From Raillietiella orientalis (taxonomy: Eukaryota): a DNA stretch of 64,000 nucleotides. Numbering within the stretch: the first letter of the stretch is position 1; the number at the start of each line of letters is the position of its first letter. The stretch is from positions 2,790,001-2,854,000 of the forward strand of contig JAYWIR010000023.1 of NCBI GenBank assembly GCA_036172245.1, given 5' to 3'. The notes under the pieces were generated by a model. That model had not been told where the DNA came from, ran no database searches, and was given only the letters and a program-made list of their open reading frames with translations. Below, in pieces: positions 25,701-37,972 of this stretch. The position numbers and the translations under genes were made by a program.

Positions 25701-28700
25701 CCTCAACGAGCGGTAGCTTCACCTCCCTCTTCCCCGCCCCTTGTGAAGCCTCCGGACTTCAAGAGGAGCTGAGTGAAAGAGTGCGATTGCCACACTGGGT
25801 ACCAGCGAGGTACAGCCCTTCCCCTTCCATTCTTCTCGCGGAGACACGTCCGGAGGAGAAAATGGAGGAAGCGCAGGGAGAAGGGAAGGGAGGGTTTCGT
25901 TGCCCGGGCGACGGACGAGAATCGATCCGAACGCGCGACGGTAGAAGGAATTCTCGGAAAGGTGGGTGTGGTGTGGTGTGAGGTGAAAGGGAAGGGGACA
26001 CCTGGACGCTCCGGGGTCTTCGATGCACCCTTCAGGAACTTGCTCCAGGGTTGGCTTCCGCTTCTCCCTGCATCGCGCTCCCGGTGGGTACTGAGCCACC
26101 GGGAAAGAGTCTTCGAAGGCCTTGCCACGTCTTCGGACGAGCAGAATTTCATGCTGTAAGGAGGGAAAGACCTCTGCCGCGTGCGATATGTTCCTCACGC
26201 ATGCGTCGTGGCTCACGCAAGGCTGCAGCCGCTCTAGCACGAGGTAAGCAGGAAACCCCAGAGCTCGTCAGCATCGTGCAGGAGCAGCCATCCTGCCTTT
26301 GGAGTTAATGAGAGAAGAGCGTGAGAGCAGCCGCATCGGAACACGAGGAGAGACGGCCCCGCGACGCCATTTTGAGCGTTTTTCCTCCTTCTTCCCTGCT
26401 CCCATTCATCCCCACCGTCCAGCGTGCGACGATGCCGCTTCGCTTCGCCTCTGCTTGGACAGAGGTGGTTGCAGGAGGGCGAGAGCGTTCAGCGGTCGCT
26501 TTCGCGACACACCAGGAGGAGAAGGGGAAAAGTGGAGGAGGATGGAATCATCTCCTGCCTCGCCATCTCCGACGTCAAGGCGCCTCGGGATTTTTCCGCT
26601 CCCGTTTCACGATTCCCCGTCCTCCCGAAGTGGTTTCAGAGGTGCGGCCGCGGAGGTCCGATGATCGCACAGACTACAGTGGCCTCCACCTCTCATGCTC
26701 TTCGCGTGTTGAGCGACCTCTCGGGTGCAGCGTGGACGGAAGGGTCATCCCTGTCCCAGGGCCGGAGGCTACTGCAGCAGTGCCACTCCTGCGCCGAAAA
26801 AATCTCACAGCCTGTCCGCCTCCGGTCACTCGAAAACCGCCCCGCGCGCGCAACTTGCTCTCCGGCAAGTCGGATGCGGGAAGGGAGCAGGCATGGGAGC
26901 GAGGAGGGGGAGACGATCCCTTTAGGGCGTCGAAGGAGGGCGTGAGCGCGGGTATCCCAGAGAGATGGCTCGCCGGCGGCCTTCACTGTCGTACCATCAC
27001 GAGCTTTCCTGAAAACGGATTGGCCTACGGTGCGGGTCTGCTAGTCAGATGACTCCCGACGCCTAATGAAGGGAAAGGGAGAGCCATCTGCGGTGTGAGC
27101 GGGGACTGCCGGAGGGGTGCTCTGGAAGCGGCCCGGAGGGCCGAGCAGTGGGAGCTGTTGTTCAATTGGTCAGCGAAGGAGTGGCGACCGACGGCGCAGC
27201 TGCAGTCGGGAAGCTTGCCCACCGCAAGTAATGAAGAACGCGGAGTCATGAGCGGGAAGTCAATGGTGTAAAACCCGGAGCGTGTCCGAGAGGAGGAGGA
27301 GGAGGGCATGCGGACCAGGCTGCACTCCATCGAGGTTCCTCCAGCTCGTGGGAAAATGTGCCGCACAACGCCCGCTCAACCTCAGGAGGTGGAAGGGGAG
27401 GGGGCAGAGGCGGGAGACGCGCAAACGAGGCATGGCGGCGACCCGCGGTGCACGCGCTAACTCCTTGGGGCAGCTGGCGCGCCAGCTGCGGACGGCGCCC
27501 TCGCAGGAGTGGGCGTGGGAGCACCCACGTGGGAGCTGGCGACCTGGAGAGACGCGAGGACGCTTGCGCCACGGGATGCCGCGAGCCGTGCGTCCAACCG
27601 CCAAGAGCACGAGGAAGAAGCTCTAGCGGGACGAACCCTTTGCACCTTTCGCGGGAAGGCGTGGAGCACGGTGCCTGCCTCCGTGTTCAAGGTCGTCGTC
27701 GCACCGAACAGGTGGTCTCCTGTTCCCGGGAGACGGGTGACTTCTTTTGATGCCGGCTTGCATTTCCCTGGAGGCCGGGGATCATCACTCTCCTCCCTTG
27801 TTCGAGATGAGTGTTCCTTCGCCCCTGCCCCTCCCGCTACCTCCGTCTGCTCTCACAGCCCGACTTCTTTCAGGTCCTCCCTTCCGAGGCATCCCACCTA
27901 TCCCGAGAACCCGTTCGGCTCGATTTTGAGCGCGGAAGGGGAGGGGGGTAGGGAAGGCGAATGGGAGGTTGTCACCAAGATCGGTCCGTGGGGCGATCCG
28001 GCCTTCAGGATTCGACCTTGTCAGGCTAGAAATTTCGTGGGAGAGTCGGTGAGAGCAGCTTTCCGTGCGTGCACGCACGTGCGCGCGCGCATGTGTGCAT
28101 AGGGAGTAGGAAGAAGGGGTACGCGCTTCGAAAGGCCCTTTTCCCCAGGCAGAGTGGTCGCGGCCATTCGCCTCTTCCCTGGGCAGATAAACGTCAATGG
28201 ACTCATTTGACCGTGACTACCCGGGGAAACTTCCGGAGAAGGCCGCCGCGGCTCTTGAGCCCTGCTTCGATCTTTCTCCTTACAGCTCCCTCTTTCGGAT
28301 GCTCCTGGTGGGCAGTTCCACTCCCCCCCTCCTCACTGAGGCCTCAGCAGCGAGGCCCCGTGAGGCTGCAGCCTCTGCCTGGCCTCTGTGCCGCCGATTT
28401 CGTCGCCAGCCGGAAATGGAAACGCCGTCGCCGCCATCAGCCTGCACCCGCGTTGGGTCCCGCCTCTCTTGCGGGTGGTCTTCTGGTTCGTAAGGCGCCC
28501 TTCCCCCCTTCCTCCCCGCACCCTTTGGTGCACGCAACGGATGGGCGGACGCGAGTTTGCGCAACTTTCCAGAAGCCCATGGACGAGTGCTCGCTCGCTG
28601 GAGGCGAATTGCGCAAGTGCGGCGAATGGACTCTCCTCCCGACGCGGCCGTCCGTGCCAGGCGGCTCCCTGGAGATGCGAGAGGCGAAGAGCACCAACGA

Positions 28701-31249
28701 TTCGCAGGAGGATTCAAAGGAAGGGAAACGGTGAAAAGATGGGCAGATCTACGGGAGGAAGGGAGAAGGTGTCTCGGTGACTGCCGAGGGACGAGAGATG
28801 TTCTCTGCTGCTTCCGGAAACTTTCTTTTCCCGTACCCGGAGGGAGGAAGGGAGGGGGGGGGGGGAGGAGGGAAAGGGACGCCGTGCCACGCTCGTACCG
28901 CCACTGTTCGTTGCCAGAACGCCCGGTGAGCGCGCAGGGTGCTATCCTGCGTAGGGGGTCAGCGTTCTGCGCCGAATTGCCGCGCCTTTCACGCACCGCC
29001 ACACATTCTGAAGGGAGGAATTCTGCACCGGGGACAGCCGCCTGAGGCACTCAGGGGGGTCGACGGTGCTCGCCTCTGTGCGTGAGAGCTCCTCGCGCGC
29101 GCGCGGTGCTCTCGCAGCGGTCGGTACGCGCGTCGCGAGGCGCGCGTCGCTGCCGGGCGCGTTCCACGTCGTTCCAGGGCTCCGGACGCCGCTGCTTGCA
29201 CATACACTCTCCTCCCCTCCCCCCGCTCCTTTGCCTCTTTCTTCTCCTCCTCCTAGTGCTGTCAACGATCCGCAGATGGCGCGCGCGTGCCATCACTCGT
29301 TGCTGCTGCAGGAGAACACCTGCTTACGGACTCTCCGCTCGTGTGGGTGGCAAGACGAGGAGGGAGCAGGAAGGATGGTGGCAGAGGTCGAAAAAAAAAA
29401 AACCTGTGGAAGGGTGGGTCCTCCCTTGATCTCCTGCGCCCCCTCTCCCGAGGAAGAGTGCTGCACGGCGGGATGCACGGAACGGAGGAGGAGGAGGGAA
29501 ACGGAAGGCGGGGAGGGGTATAGCACGAAGGGCTCAGGGACAATGAATCGAAAATCGGGAAGCGGAAGGGAGTCCCTGCTCTTTCCAGGAAGAGGATCTC
29601 TTTCCCTCCTCTCGCCACAACCCTCTACTCGAGTCCCGGCAGCTCGCAGTCGGAAGCCGAGGATGGAGGTGGCGGGAGCGAGGGGGCATCGCCTCAGGGA
29701 ACGGGAGGAAGAGGAAAAGGAGCAAGATGGGGAGAGCAATCGCCCGGCGGCGGCGAGTCCCTCTCTGACCGGCTGTTGCGCAACAGTCACAGCGTGCGCA
29801 CGCAGCAGCGGGAGGACGCGCGAGGCTGCCTCTCTCTCGCGCGCCTCTTTTGTCTCCCTTGACAACCGTTCCGCTCCCCGTGGTGACGGATGGGTGTTTT
29901 GTCGACACGAGGGAGGAGGAAGATGGCGTCTCCCGTCTGGGCGGACGCAGAGGGCAGGCGACGAATGCCGGCGGGAGGTCCGCGCGGGACCGCCGCCAGC
30001 GCGCGCGGCCTTCGGCGGGGATCGGCGCGCTCGCCTCCCCCTCCTCCTCCTCCTCCTTTCGCTGCCGAGATGATTATCTCCATCTTCCGTGCCGGCGCTG
30101 TCTGCCCCGAGGGGGCGGACGAGGATGGAGCATCCTCCTGCCGTCTGTGGATCTCCTCTTCCCCTCGGTTGCCCTCCACCTGTCCTCCTCCTCCTCCTAA
30201 CCTCTGTCCTGCCGCCGTCGCTGCTAGGCAATGGTGCGACCGCGGCCAGCAACGGTTCTTCAAGGTTCGAGAGGGCCACAGAAGCGGGGCGGGAGGTGGG
30301 GAGGCGAGGGAGTTGGCATGGGAAGGAGGAGGGGAGGACAAGGGAAGGAGCAGGCAGGTGTGCCCTCCCCGTGGGCTCGCGGACCAATGAGACGGGGGAG
30401 GGCGGGAAATACGCGTGCGCATGCGCGCGGAACGGGGTCTCTTCCAGGCCGCCGGCGGGGGGAAGAGCCAGAAAAAGGAAGCGGGATCCTCTCCCACCCC
30501 TCCCTCTTCTTCCTCCGGCGGAGATTCCCTCTCCTTATACTTCCGCGAGGGGAAAAAGCGCCGGGAGCACCGTCTCCGTGAGGGGGCGGGAGGGGCGCGA
30601 TTGCTTCATCGCTGTTGATGGATTGTCCCCAGTTCGGGTCGCAGTATCCGTCGTTTCTTGAGCGGGGGAAAAATAGGTGGGCGTACGGGGAGGAGAGAAG
30701 GATGAGGGGAAAAGGAGGAACTCTTTCCTTTGCTCTTCCCCACTACGCTCCCGTTCCTTCTCCTTCCCCTCTTCCTCTTGCCCCCCTCCCCTCCTTTGCG
30801 GGAGAAAGGAACAGATGACTCACCTCATAGCCTCCCTTGCCTTCCTCCCTCCCAATCTCTTTCATTGACCCTTTGGCGAAGTGAGCGAGAGGAAAGAGAT
30901 AGGGAGAGACCTCCGCTTGCTCCCGCCGGCGTCGACGCCGCCTCCCCACGGAGCGCGCCTGACTGACTCGACGGGCGAGTCACAGGGGCGCGGGGAAACC
31001 CCCTTGAGGGGGTCGAGGCAGCAGCCCGACGCCTGGGCGCGACGGCGCCAACGCACGCGCACTCACGCAGGCGGCGGTAGCAACGGAGACAGGGGAGGAG
31101 AAGTGGAGGAGGAAGGGAGAGGGAGGAAGAAGAGGAGGAAGGGAAGAGAAGAGGATGAGGTGGCATAAAGGCGGTGGAGCCTCCTTGCTACTGAGGATGT
31201 GGCTCCGGAGAATGACGCGCGGCAGGAGAGTCCCGGCCTTTGTCGAGGG

Positions 31250-33100
31250 ACTTCCGGTGTGACATGGCAGCGCTGACGGGGAGGACCACTTTATCCGTCT
31301 CGGACTCCGCCGCAGGGATGCGTCTGGGAGAACGCTCTCTCCCTTTGTATACCTCCTCCTCCTTTCCCTCCTTCCTGGAGGGATTGCCCCGGGAGATGCA
31401 TCGCAATCCAGGAAGCAGAAGGACGCCATTGCTGGGGACCGCCTTCCCGCTATTCCGGGGCACGGGAGGAACAAATTTCTCTCCATCCTGCTCTCCTCCC
31501 ACGTCCTCCTTTTCTCTCACGCATGAGCCCCTTTGCATCTCCTCCTCCTTTCTGGATCGCCGGGGGAGGGAGTTTTCCCGGAAAGGAGGAAGAGAGGATT
31601 CCGGGACTTCCGGCGACCTTCTGGGACCTTTCCTCACGTAGAATCCTTGAGCTGCGGAGGCAGACATCGTCTCCTCCTTCCCTCTGAGCGTCTTTGGCAC
31701 TCTGCCGAGGATGCGAAAGGGAGGACCCGAGTCGCGCGGGATGCCCGGAGGGAAAGCAGGAGTAGCTGGAGTCGACCCGCCGATGAGACTCTGGAGCTAT
31801 CGAAAGGCCAGGCCTTTGGAAGATAAATAGAAGGGGCCATAATCCGCCGTCATGGCGACGGAGGTCTCCGATAGGAACGAGAGTGCGGCGGCGGGCGTGG
31901 CCCACATGTACGTGCGTGCCTCCAAAGAGTTGGCGCTCTCTAAAAGCCTCCCCTGCCGCCTCGCCTAACAGAGGTGCCTGGGGGAGCTCTCAGAAGTAAC
32001 TCTTGCACCGGTGGGGGGCTGGGGGGCGAAGTGGAACCTCCGCGGAGGAGTTAGCGGCTACTCGCCCGCAGGCATCCTGCGCGGTATCGGAGGTAGGAGA
32101 GCCATCCCGTGGAAAAGGGAGAGCAGGGGAGGGGGATCCTCCTTTCCACCGAACAGGGAGGAGTCCTCTGACCACCGGTTGTTTCCCTCAGGAGAGAGCG
32201 ACCCCTCCCGCCTGTGGGCGCTCGCCCGCCGCTGGTGGAAGAGACCCGCTGCGTCTCCTATCGCGTCTAATCTCCTTGGTTACCGCTGCTTTTTGGCGGA
32301 AAAACGGAAACTTTTCTGTGCAAGGAAGCGGAAATAATATGGGACAATGGGTCTCCCCGTTCCTGCTGCTGCGGAGGAAGGAGGGATGATGCGGTCGGGA
32401 GCAAATGGACCAGAAGCGGCGTCGGCCTCGCAAGCCTCCTGAACGCGTCGGCGGTCGGAGGCTCCTGCGCAGGGGAGCCGCCCTCTTCCCCCCTCCGTCA
32501 TCTCTTTCCTCCGTCTAAACAATCCCTTCCAGGGAAGGAAGAGGGGAAGGGGATAGAAGGAGGCAGGATAGTGCGCGCTTTCCTTGACCCTAGCTCATAT
32601 AGGAAAAGGGGATCCGGGAACGCTAAGGAAAGGAAGGGAGCTCGCGGCCTCGCCCGATTCCGTGAGACGAGGGGCTTCCCAGGTGGACCTGATTGTCAGG
32701 GAACGATCCGCACGGAAAGATGGGGAGACAGAGGCTCGCTCGCTCCTTCCCCTTACTTCCCCTCTCTCCAGGTCTCTTCCACGAGGAGGTGCTGCCTTTC
32801 TGGCCCGAGGCTCGAGAGCGGACGAGCAGAGGACGATGATGAGGAATACAGTGGACAGGAGGGGGGAAGGAGGAAAAGGGGAGTGTCCTCGCAGCCACTT
32901 CTCTTTCGAGAATCCCTAGAAAGCCTAGGAGATCGGTTCCCCTCTACCCTTCCGAGCGACCTCCCCGTTGCTGGAGAGGGTGCGGCGCGTGGGCCGATCT
33001 ACTTCCAGTTCGCGACCACTGTCCCACCGCCGCCTCTCGGGAACGGCCCGCTAAGGGGAGGGAAGATTTTCCAAGGTGCTACATCCTCTGATTTTTCCGA
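31250..33100 (-). mobile_element. Decayed Ty3/gypsy-like LTR retrotransposon pol (RNase H followed by integrase)
   Basis: Motifs in gypsy order: RSLGRVE..EREVAA (SRxL..E..Y...EKE), VHCIPHHRPLL (TDHRPL), SDTAQDACGRVAAN..VPLRP (integrase zinc region), TADYGPFY (SDNGPQF), HRRVDSSYSCFPSGHPARL (H..SSPY.P.SNG.AER) and GSPGIL (SPAELL). No LTRs seen. Confidence 0.5.
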
Positions 33101-33479
33101 ACCCACCTCTAGACCCTCCTGAGCGCGGTCTCTCTGGAAACGTTCCTTCAGCTCGGTCACGCCCCTTGTTCCTTCTGCGGTGGCTCGGCACCGGCGGGAT
33201 AGGCAGGGGGGCGTTCTCGGACCATTCCCGAAACTCCGAAGGCTTGAGATTCCCTGATTACCCGGGTCTTCGGGTCATCCGAGGGTTAAAAGAAGGGAAA
33301 GGAGAAGGGAGAAGAGGAGAACAGGGTAAGAAGGATTCGCAACCTCTTTCGCCCCAACCGGTCCAGCGAGTAGGGAATAAAAAAAGAGGGAGGAAATCGA
33401 GGAAAAAAAGGAAAAAAAAGTCGGCAAAGGTTAGTCCGAGGAATTATTGATAGGGCCGCGAGGAAATGGGAATTTAAGA

Positions 33480-34400
33480 GGAACGGACGGATGCACGCGG
33501 AGCGACGGCCGTATAAAAAATTTATGTGGCGAGAGTTCCCTGAAAATCGTAAGGGATGTGCCGCGACGGGAACGACTGGATTCCTAGCGGGGAGAAGGGG
33601 ATTCCCGAAACAAAGACGCAATACGCTGCGTGAGTGCGGAGCATCGGGAGGAAGGGAATGGGGATCTCAGGAGCTTTTAGGTCGGGAGAGAAGGGCCATT
33701 AGCAGCTGGGAAGCCCAGCCGCAGCACCGAGGAGCTGGGAAGGGGAGGGATATCCCGGCGACTTGGCGTGGCTCGGCTCAGAGATCGCTGGGAGAAGAAA
33801 GCGCGGCGGGCATTCCCGCTGGGAGGAGGGACCTTTCGGGAAAGGCGCGCAGGGAAGGAAGAAAGGGGGGAGAGGCGAGCAAGGAGGAAAGATCCGTGAA
33901 GGTCCGCCGGCGTCCCTGAGGGGTGGACGAGGGGATCGGGGAAAGGTCCCTCCGTCCAGGAGCGCCCGACCTCGTGACTTCCTGTCGGACGGACCACGCG
34001 CCCTCGGAAGGACAAGTCTGAGGTCGGCGAAGGATAGATGCTTCGAGCCGCGTCCGCAAAGCCGTCGTCGGGATGATCCCGTCGTTCTGTGGCACAGACC
34101 CAAATCCCGAGCCGCAGAAAACGTCTTCTCTCGCACCGTGCTGGTCCTGCCCGAATTCCGTGGGCGGTAGGAGGCGACGGCGGCCTCCAGGAGAGCGTCG
34201 GAAGGAAATGGCAGCTCCTGGCACGCGCGACCGGCTCTCTCCCTGCGGGACTAGCTTCGTGAGCGCGAAGGCGAGAACCGGGAGAGACCGGAGACGGGCC
34301 GGTGGAGGGACGGCTGAAGGGTCCTCCTCGCCCGGCTGCCAGCCGCGCGGACCTGCCTGAGCGAATCGCCTCTCCCCTCCTGGAGAGAGCGTAGCCATTC
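33480..34400 (-). mobile_element. Decayed CR1/Jockey-like RT and 3' end
   Basis: VLAFALTKLVPQ (DFxKAFDxVPH-like) followed by ARDLGL...HLSFADLRLVL (GSVLGP...FADD-like, ~34015-34110). Confidence 0.45.
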
Positions 34401-34949
34401 GCACGTTAGAAGAACCGGCGCTCGATCATCCGCAGCCTTTCGGGCCAGTCCTTCTGTCCTTCATCATTCTCGGCCGTTTCTGTGGTAACCTGCGAACCTT
34501 ATCCGTTTCTGGCGTCTGATTGGAGCCCGCTGAATTCCATTAAGCGGTGCCCAGCATCCCGCTGATCCAAAGAGAGAGAGAGAGAAAAAAAAAAAGCGAA
34601 AACAGAAAAATTCTACAAAGCAAAAGAGAAGAAGGCAAGGAAGGAAAAAGAGAGGGGGGGGGGGGGGGAAGGAACGTAGATGTTCCTTGCACATGCTCCA
34701 TGGCGACCCAGAGCGGGCTCTTTGCCGCCTGTTTACTCGGTGCCGTTGCTCAACATCCCGCCCGGTGCTTTCACTTAACGAGGCTCCTTTCGAAATAGGG
34801 AGTGCTGCGGGAACGCGAAAAGTCTGAAGAGCCGGGAGAGTTGGGACGGCGTTTTCTGCGAGGCTTCCTCCGTCACGTGGGATGGTCTCCGGGAACCACT
34901 CTCGAAGAGAGCTCCTCGCCTGCTTGTCCTCCCGTGGGTTACTACTCCG

Positions 34950-36100
34950 GCTGCTTCGGCGCGCGCCGACGCCAGCCACAGCAGTAGCAGCGACTTCTTC
35001 CTGAGTCTCCCTCCGGACCGCCTCTAAGAAGCGCCGCTCTTCCTCCCTCGGCGGGGCGATCCTACAAAGCATCCACTGTCGAACAAACAACTTCCGGAGA
35101 GCGGGCGGCGCGAGCGCCCCCGTCGGTGTTGCGACACGTGGGACGAGTGAGAGGTCGGGTCGGCTGCGCGGTGAATGGCGATTTGGTCCCTGGAGATCGA
35201 TCGCGAAGATGATTCCTGGTTGACTACAAGCCAGGCTGATCGAGGCGACGGCGTTCCTCGAGCTGAGCACCCCACGTTAGATGACCACTTCCTGGCTCCA
35301 CTGAGATGACAGGGGGTGCAGGAAAATTTTAACCTCTCCCGGAAAACTCTGACGAAGCTGCGCATCGCCCCTCCTGCTCTTGTAAATCCGCCCACGCTCC
35401 CTGTGGACACGTTCGGGAACGTGTCCACAGGCGTGTCCGGAGGCGTGACTCAACCAAGGCTGCTCCTGAACATCCCGGGTTATCGCGGGACGGGCCGTCC
35501 CAGCAAAGATGAAAAGGAAGAAAGCGAGACCCAAACAAAACGCATCAAAACAAAATATGATGAAGATGGGAAGAGGAAAAAGAGGCTGCTGGGAGGTCTA
35601 CTCCCTGGGGAACGGTATTTCGGCGAGGGTACTCATCTGGCTTACTTTGGGCGAAGTCTCCAAGCTTTCTGGAGTCATCCCTTCCACACGGAGATCCGGG
35701 ATGCAGGCCAGCATGAGCTCCCTCTGCTTGAGAATCGGGAGGGATGCTGCGCACTCGAGGACATCATCCCACATCCGTCGGCCAAGAGAAAGCCGCCGCT
35801 GTCGAAGGATTTCTGCCTCGTCACGGAGAGAGGTTTCCAGTTTACCGTAAGATTGTGAAGAAATGAGTCGGCACAGCGCAGCTTCCGGGACTGATCCAAC
35901 AACAACAACAACAAAAGGGAAAAAAATTTCGAGCACTAATGCCTTGATTTGACGATCTCCGTTTCATGTGTTCAAGAACGCGTCCAGTCTCGTGGTAGGC
36001 GGCAAAGTTGCCTTCCTCAGCATCGGATTCTGGGGCGCGCTGCTCGCTTATTGGCCAGCTGATTCAGAAAACAGCTGGGTTCGTGGAACGTCTCGCGTCG
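34950..36100 (-). pseudogene. Decayed eukaryotic (RNAi-type) RNA-dependent RNA polymerase relic
   Basis: Collinear motifs: RKATLPPT (35992-36017; RKVxVTPT), GGFLLADGCGMMS (~35758-35798; FSDGCGxIS), PASRISVWKG (~35679-35708; PSAFQIRxxGxKG, ending ~35 codons after DG), LRP, GVLSSRNAV (~35247-35273; VxxxRNP) and GRSRRPLSGSCLFDSGCFV (~35063-35120; GxRP...SGxDLDGD). The catalytic motif is broken. Confidence 0.45.
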
Positions 36101-37088
36101 TCCGATTCCCCCTTGGAGCTTGGCTTCTTGGAGCGGCGGCACCGGCGCGTGCGTTCCAGCCTCCGCTTCATCTGCCTCCCACCTCGCTTCCACGATTGAA
36201 AGAGCATCCACTCCGTGGGGAGTTCGAGTGTTCGGAATGAGCCGGCGGAGACGGCCTGGAGTCTGCCCGGCTTGGCCGCAGCGTCGTCACGCTCCTGCTC
36301 GACGTGCAACTCGAGGCTGACGCGCTCGAGGCTGCGCCAGTCCAGAACAGACGAACGCTGCACACGCCGAACGTCGAGGTCGGCGGAGACGGTAGAGGAC
36401 TGCCAGAATGTTTGGTCTGGTTTCCGAGGCAGTCGGAAGCTCAGAGACGTGGCTCCGAAACGATTCTGCTCACGTCTTCGGCGCAGACAGGGAAAAGGTC
36501 CGGGGACGTCAACAAGTCCAAGACGGAAGACAAAGACTGCATGGCCGCTTTAATGGTCGGCAACTCCTTCTTGCTGAATCCATTGTCGGAAAGCAGAAAG
36601 GCCCCCAAAATTGAGCCGTATCCGAGGTGGTCGATTTCGAACGAGATGGACGATCAGAAAGAAAGAAACGAGTCGTAAATTTAAGAGATGTTTTACGCTC
36701 ACTTGTTTGCAATAAATAATAAAAATCGTAGCTTCAAGAAAAATATTTACAAGATAACATCTTCAATTGTGATGGATGATTCTTCAGTTACGATCAAAAC
36801 AATTTCTGTTTCTTTTGAGGTCAGAGCGAGGGAAGGAAAGACACACAGACAGCGACTGAAAACAGATTCCTCGGAGTTTAATTTTTTCTTAAACACGAGG
36901 AAAATAGTGAATAAGGAAGGATTCCCTCCACGCCTGCGCAGCGAACGTGTGGATGCACTTGGTCGCGGCTCGTCAGATGGCTAGTGTGGAACGCCTTGTT
37001 TTGCCTAGGAGCAACTGTGCTCTGAGCGCTTCCTTCCATGCTGGCCAAGCCACGTTCCACGTGGCTGTGACGTGACTCGGAAACTGAC

Positions 37089-37972
37089 GCCCGCGTCGGA
37101 GACTTTGTGGTTAAGGCTTCTGCACGTGGCCCCATGCGTCGTGGTTCGAATGCTCCAGCAGAAACTGACGCCACTGCGTCGTTGGGTTCCGAGTTGCTCC
37201 TGCAATGGCGGGGTTGGTTGGCCGAGACATTCGGGCGTGGCACCGGTGGTGGCTTAAGCCGCAGACCCCCGATGAAGGCCGGAACAATGGGAGTCGACCT
37301 TCGGGTCCTCCCAGGAATAAAGGAGTGGGAGTTCCCCCTCCTGTCGTGCAATGGAGAACCTCCCTCCGGTTTCAAGATGGAGTAGGAGTCCTCACGGGCA
37401 CCTCTTCAGTTGTTCAAAGGAGCAGACCACCCTGTTGCGGGGGGTCCCTCCGAGTCGTCGCCTCTTCACAGAGTGCACAAGGAAGCAAGCGAGAGCGATT
37501 CCCTGCGGGAAGCTGCAGCGCCCCTTCTGAGTTTCGGAAGTGTCCCTTCGGGGTTCTCTTCAGAGGAGTGAACAGGAGCGGTTCCCTTGCGGGTTCCTTC
37601 CGGAGAAGAAATCCCTACTAGCGATCCTTTCCGGGTTGCCTTCGGAGAAGATGAAATGGAGAGGACAATCCTCCCCATTAGGAGGGTGTCCCTCCGGAGA
37701 CAACCAGGGTGGAAGGTGCGATCCCCCCCCATCCGGGGGGATCCCCTCCCCAAGCGTGAGAGGAACGGACTCCGAGCCCTTCCTGGATTCATAGGGCGAA
37801 CCCCCATCCCAGGGTGCCCCTATCCTAAAGAATTACACTGAAGAATTATACGCCCCCCTGCGGGGTTGTCGCAAGGGAGTGGTGTGGAAACTTAACAGTG
37901 TGTTTAAAAGAGTCACGTGCGCCGCAAGGCACGCGACCGGCTCTTGAGGTACTTAGCGAATCAAAAAAAAAA
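37089..37972 (+). mobile_element. Long tRNA-derived SINE family A, apparently full-length copy
   Basis: tRNA-like head (TGGTTAAGGC ... B-box GGTTCGAATGC at ~37143-37153). The body is shared with 4441-5110 and 42330-42790. It ends GAGGTACTTAGCGAATC followed by A10. Confidence 0.7.

Noticed and set aside
31850..31920. HVGHAR on the minus strand, resembling a class I aminoacyl-tRNA synthetase HIGH motif
   Set aside because: It sits inside the collinear gypsy integrase relic, and no other synthetase motifs are present.
33260..33290. GAGGGTTAA resembling a piggyBac end with a TTAA target
   Set aside because: I found no matching left terminal repeat or transposase.
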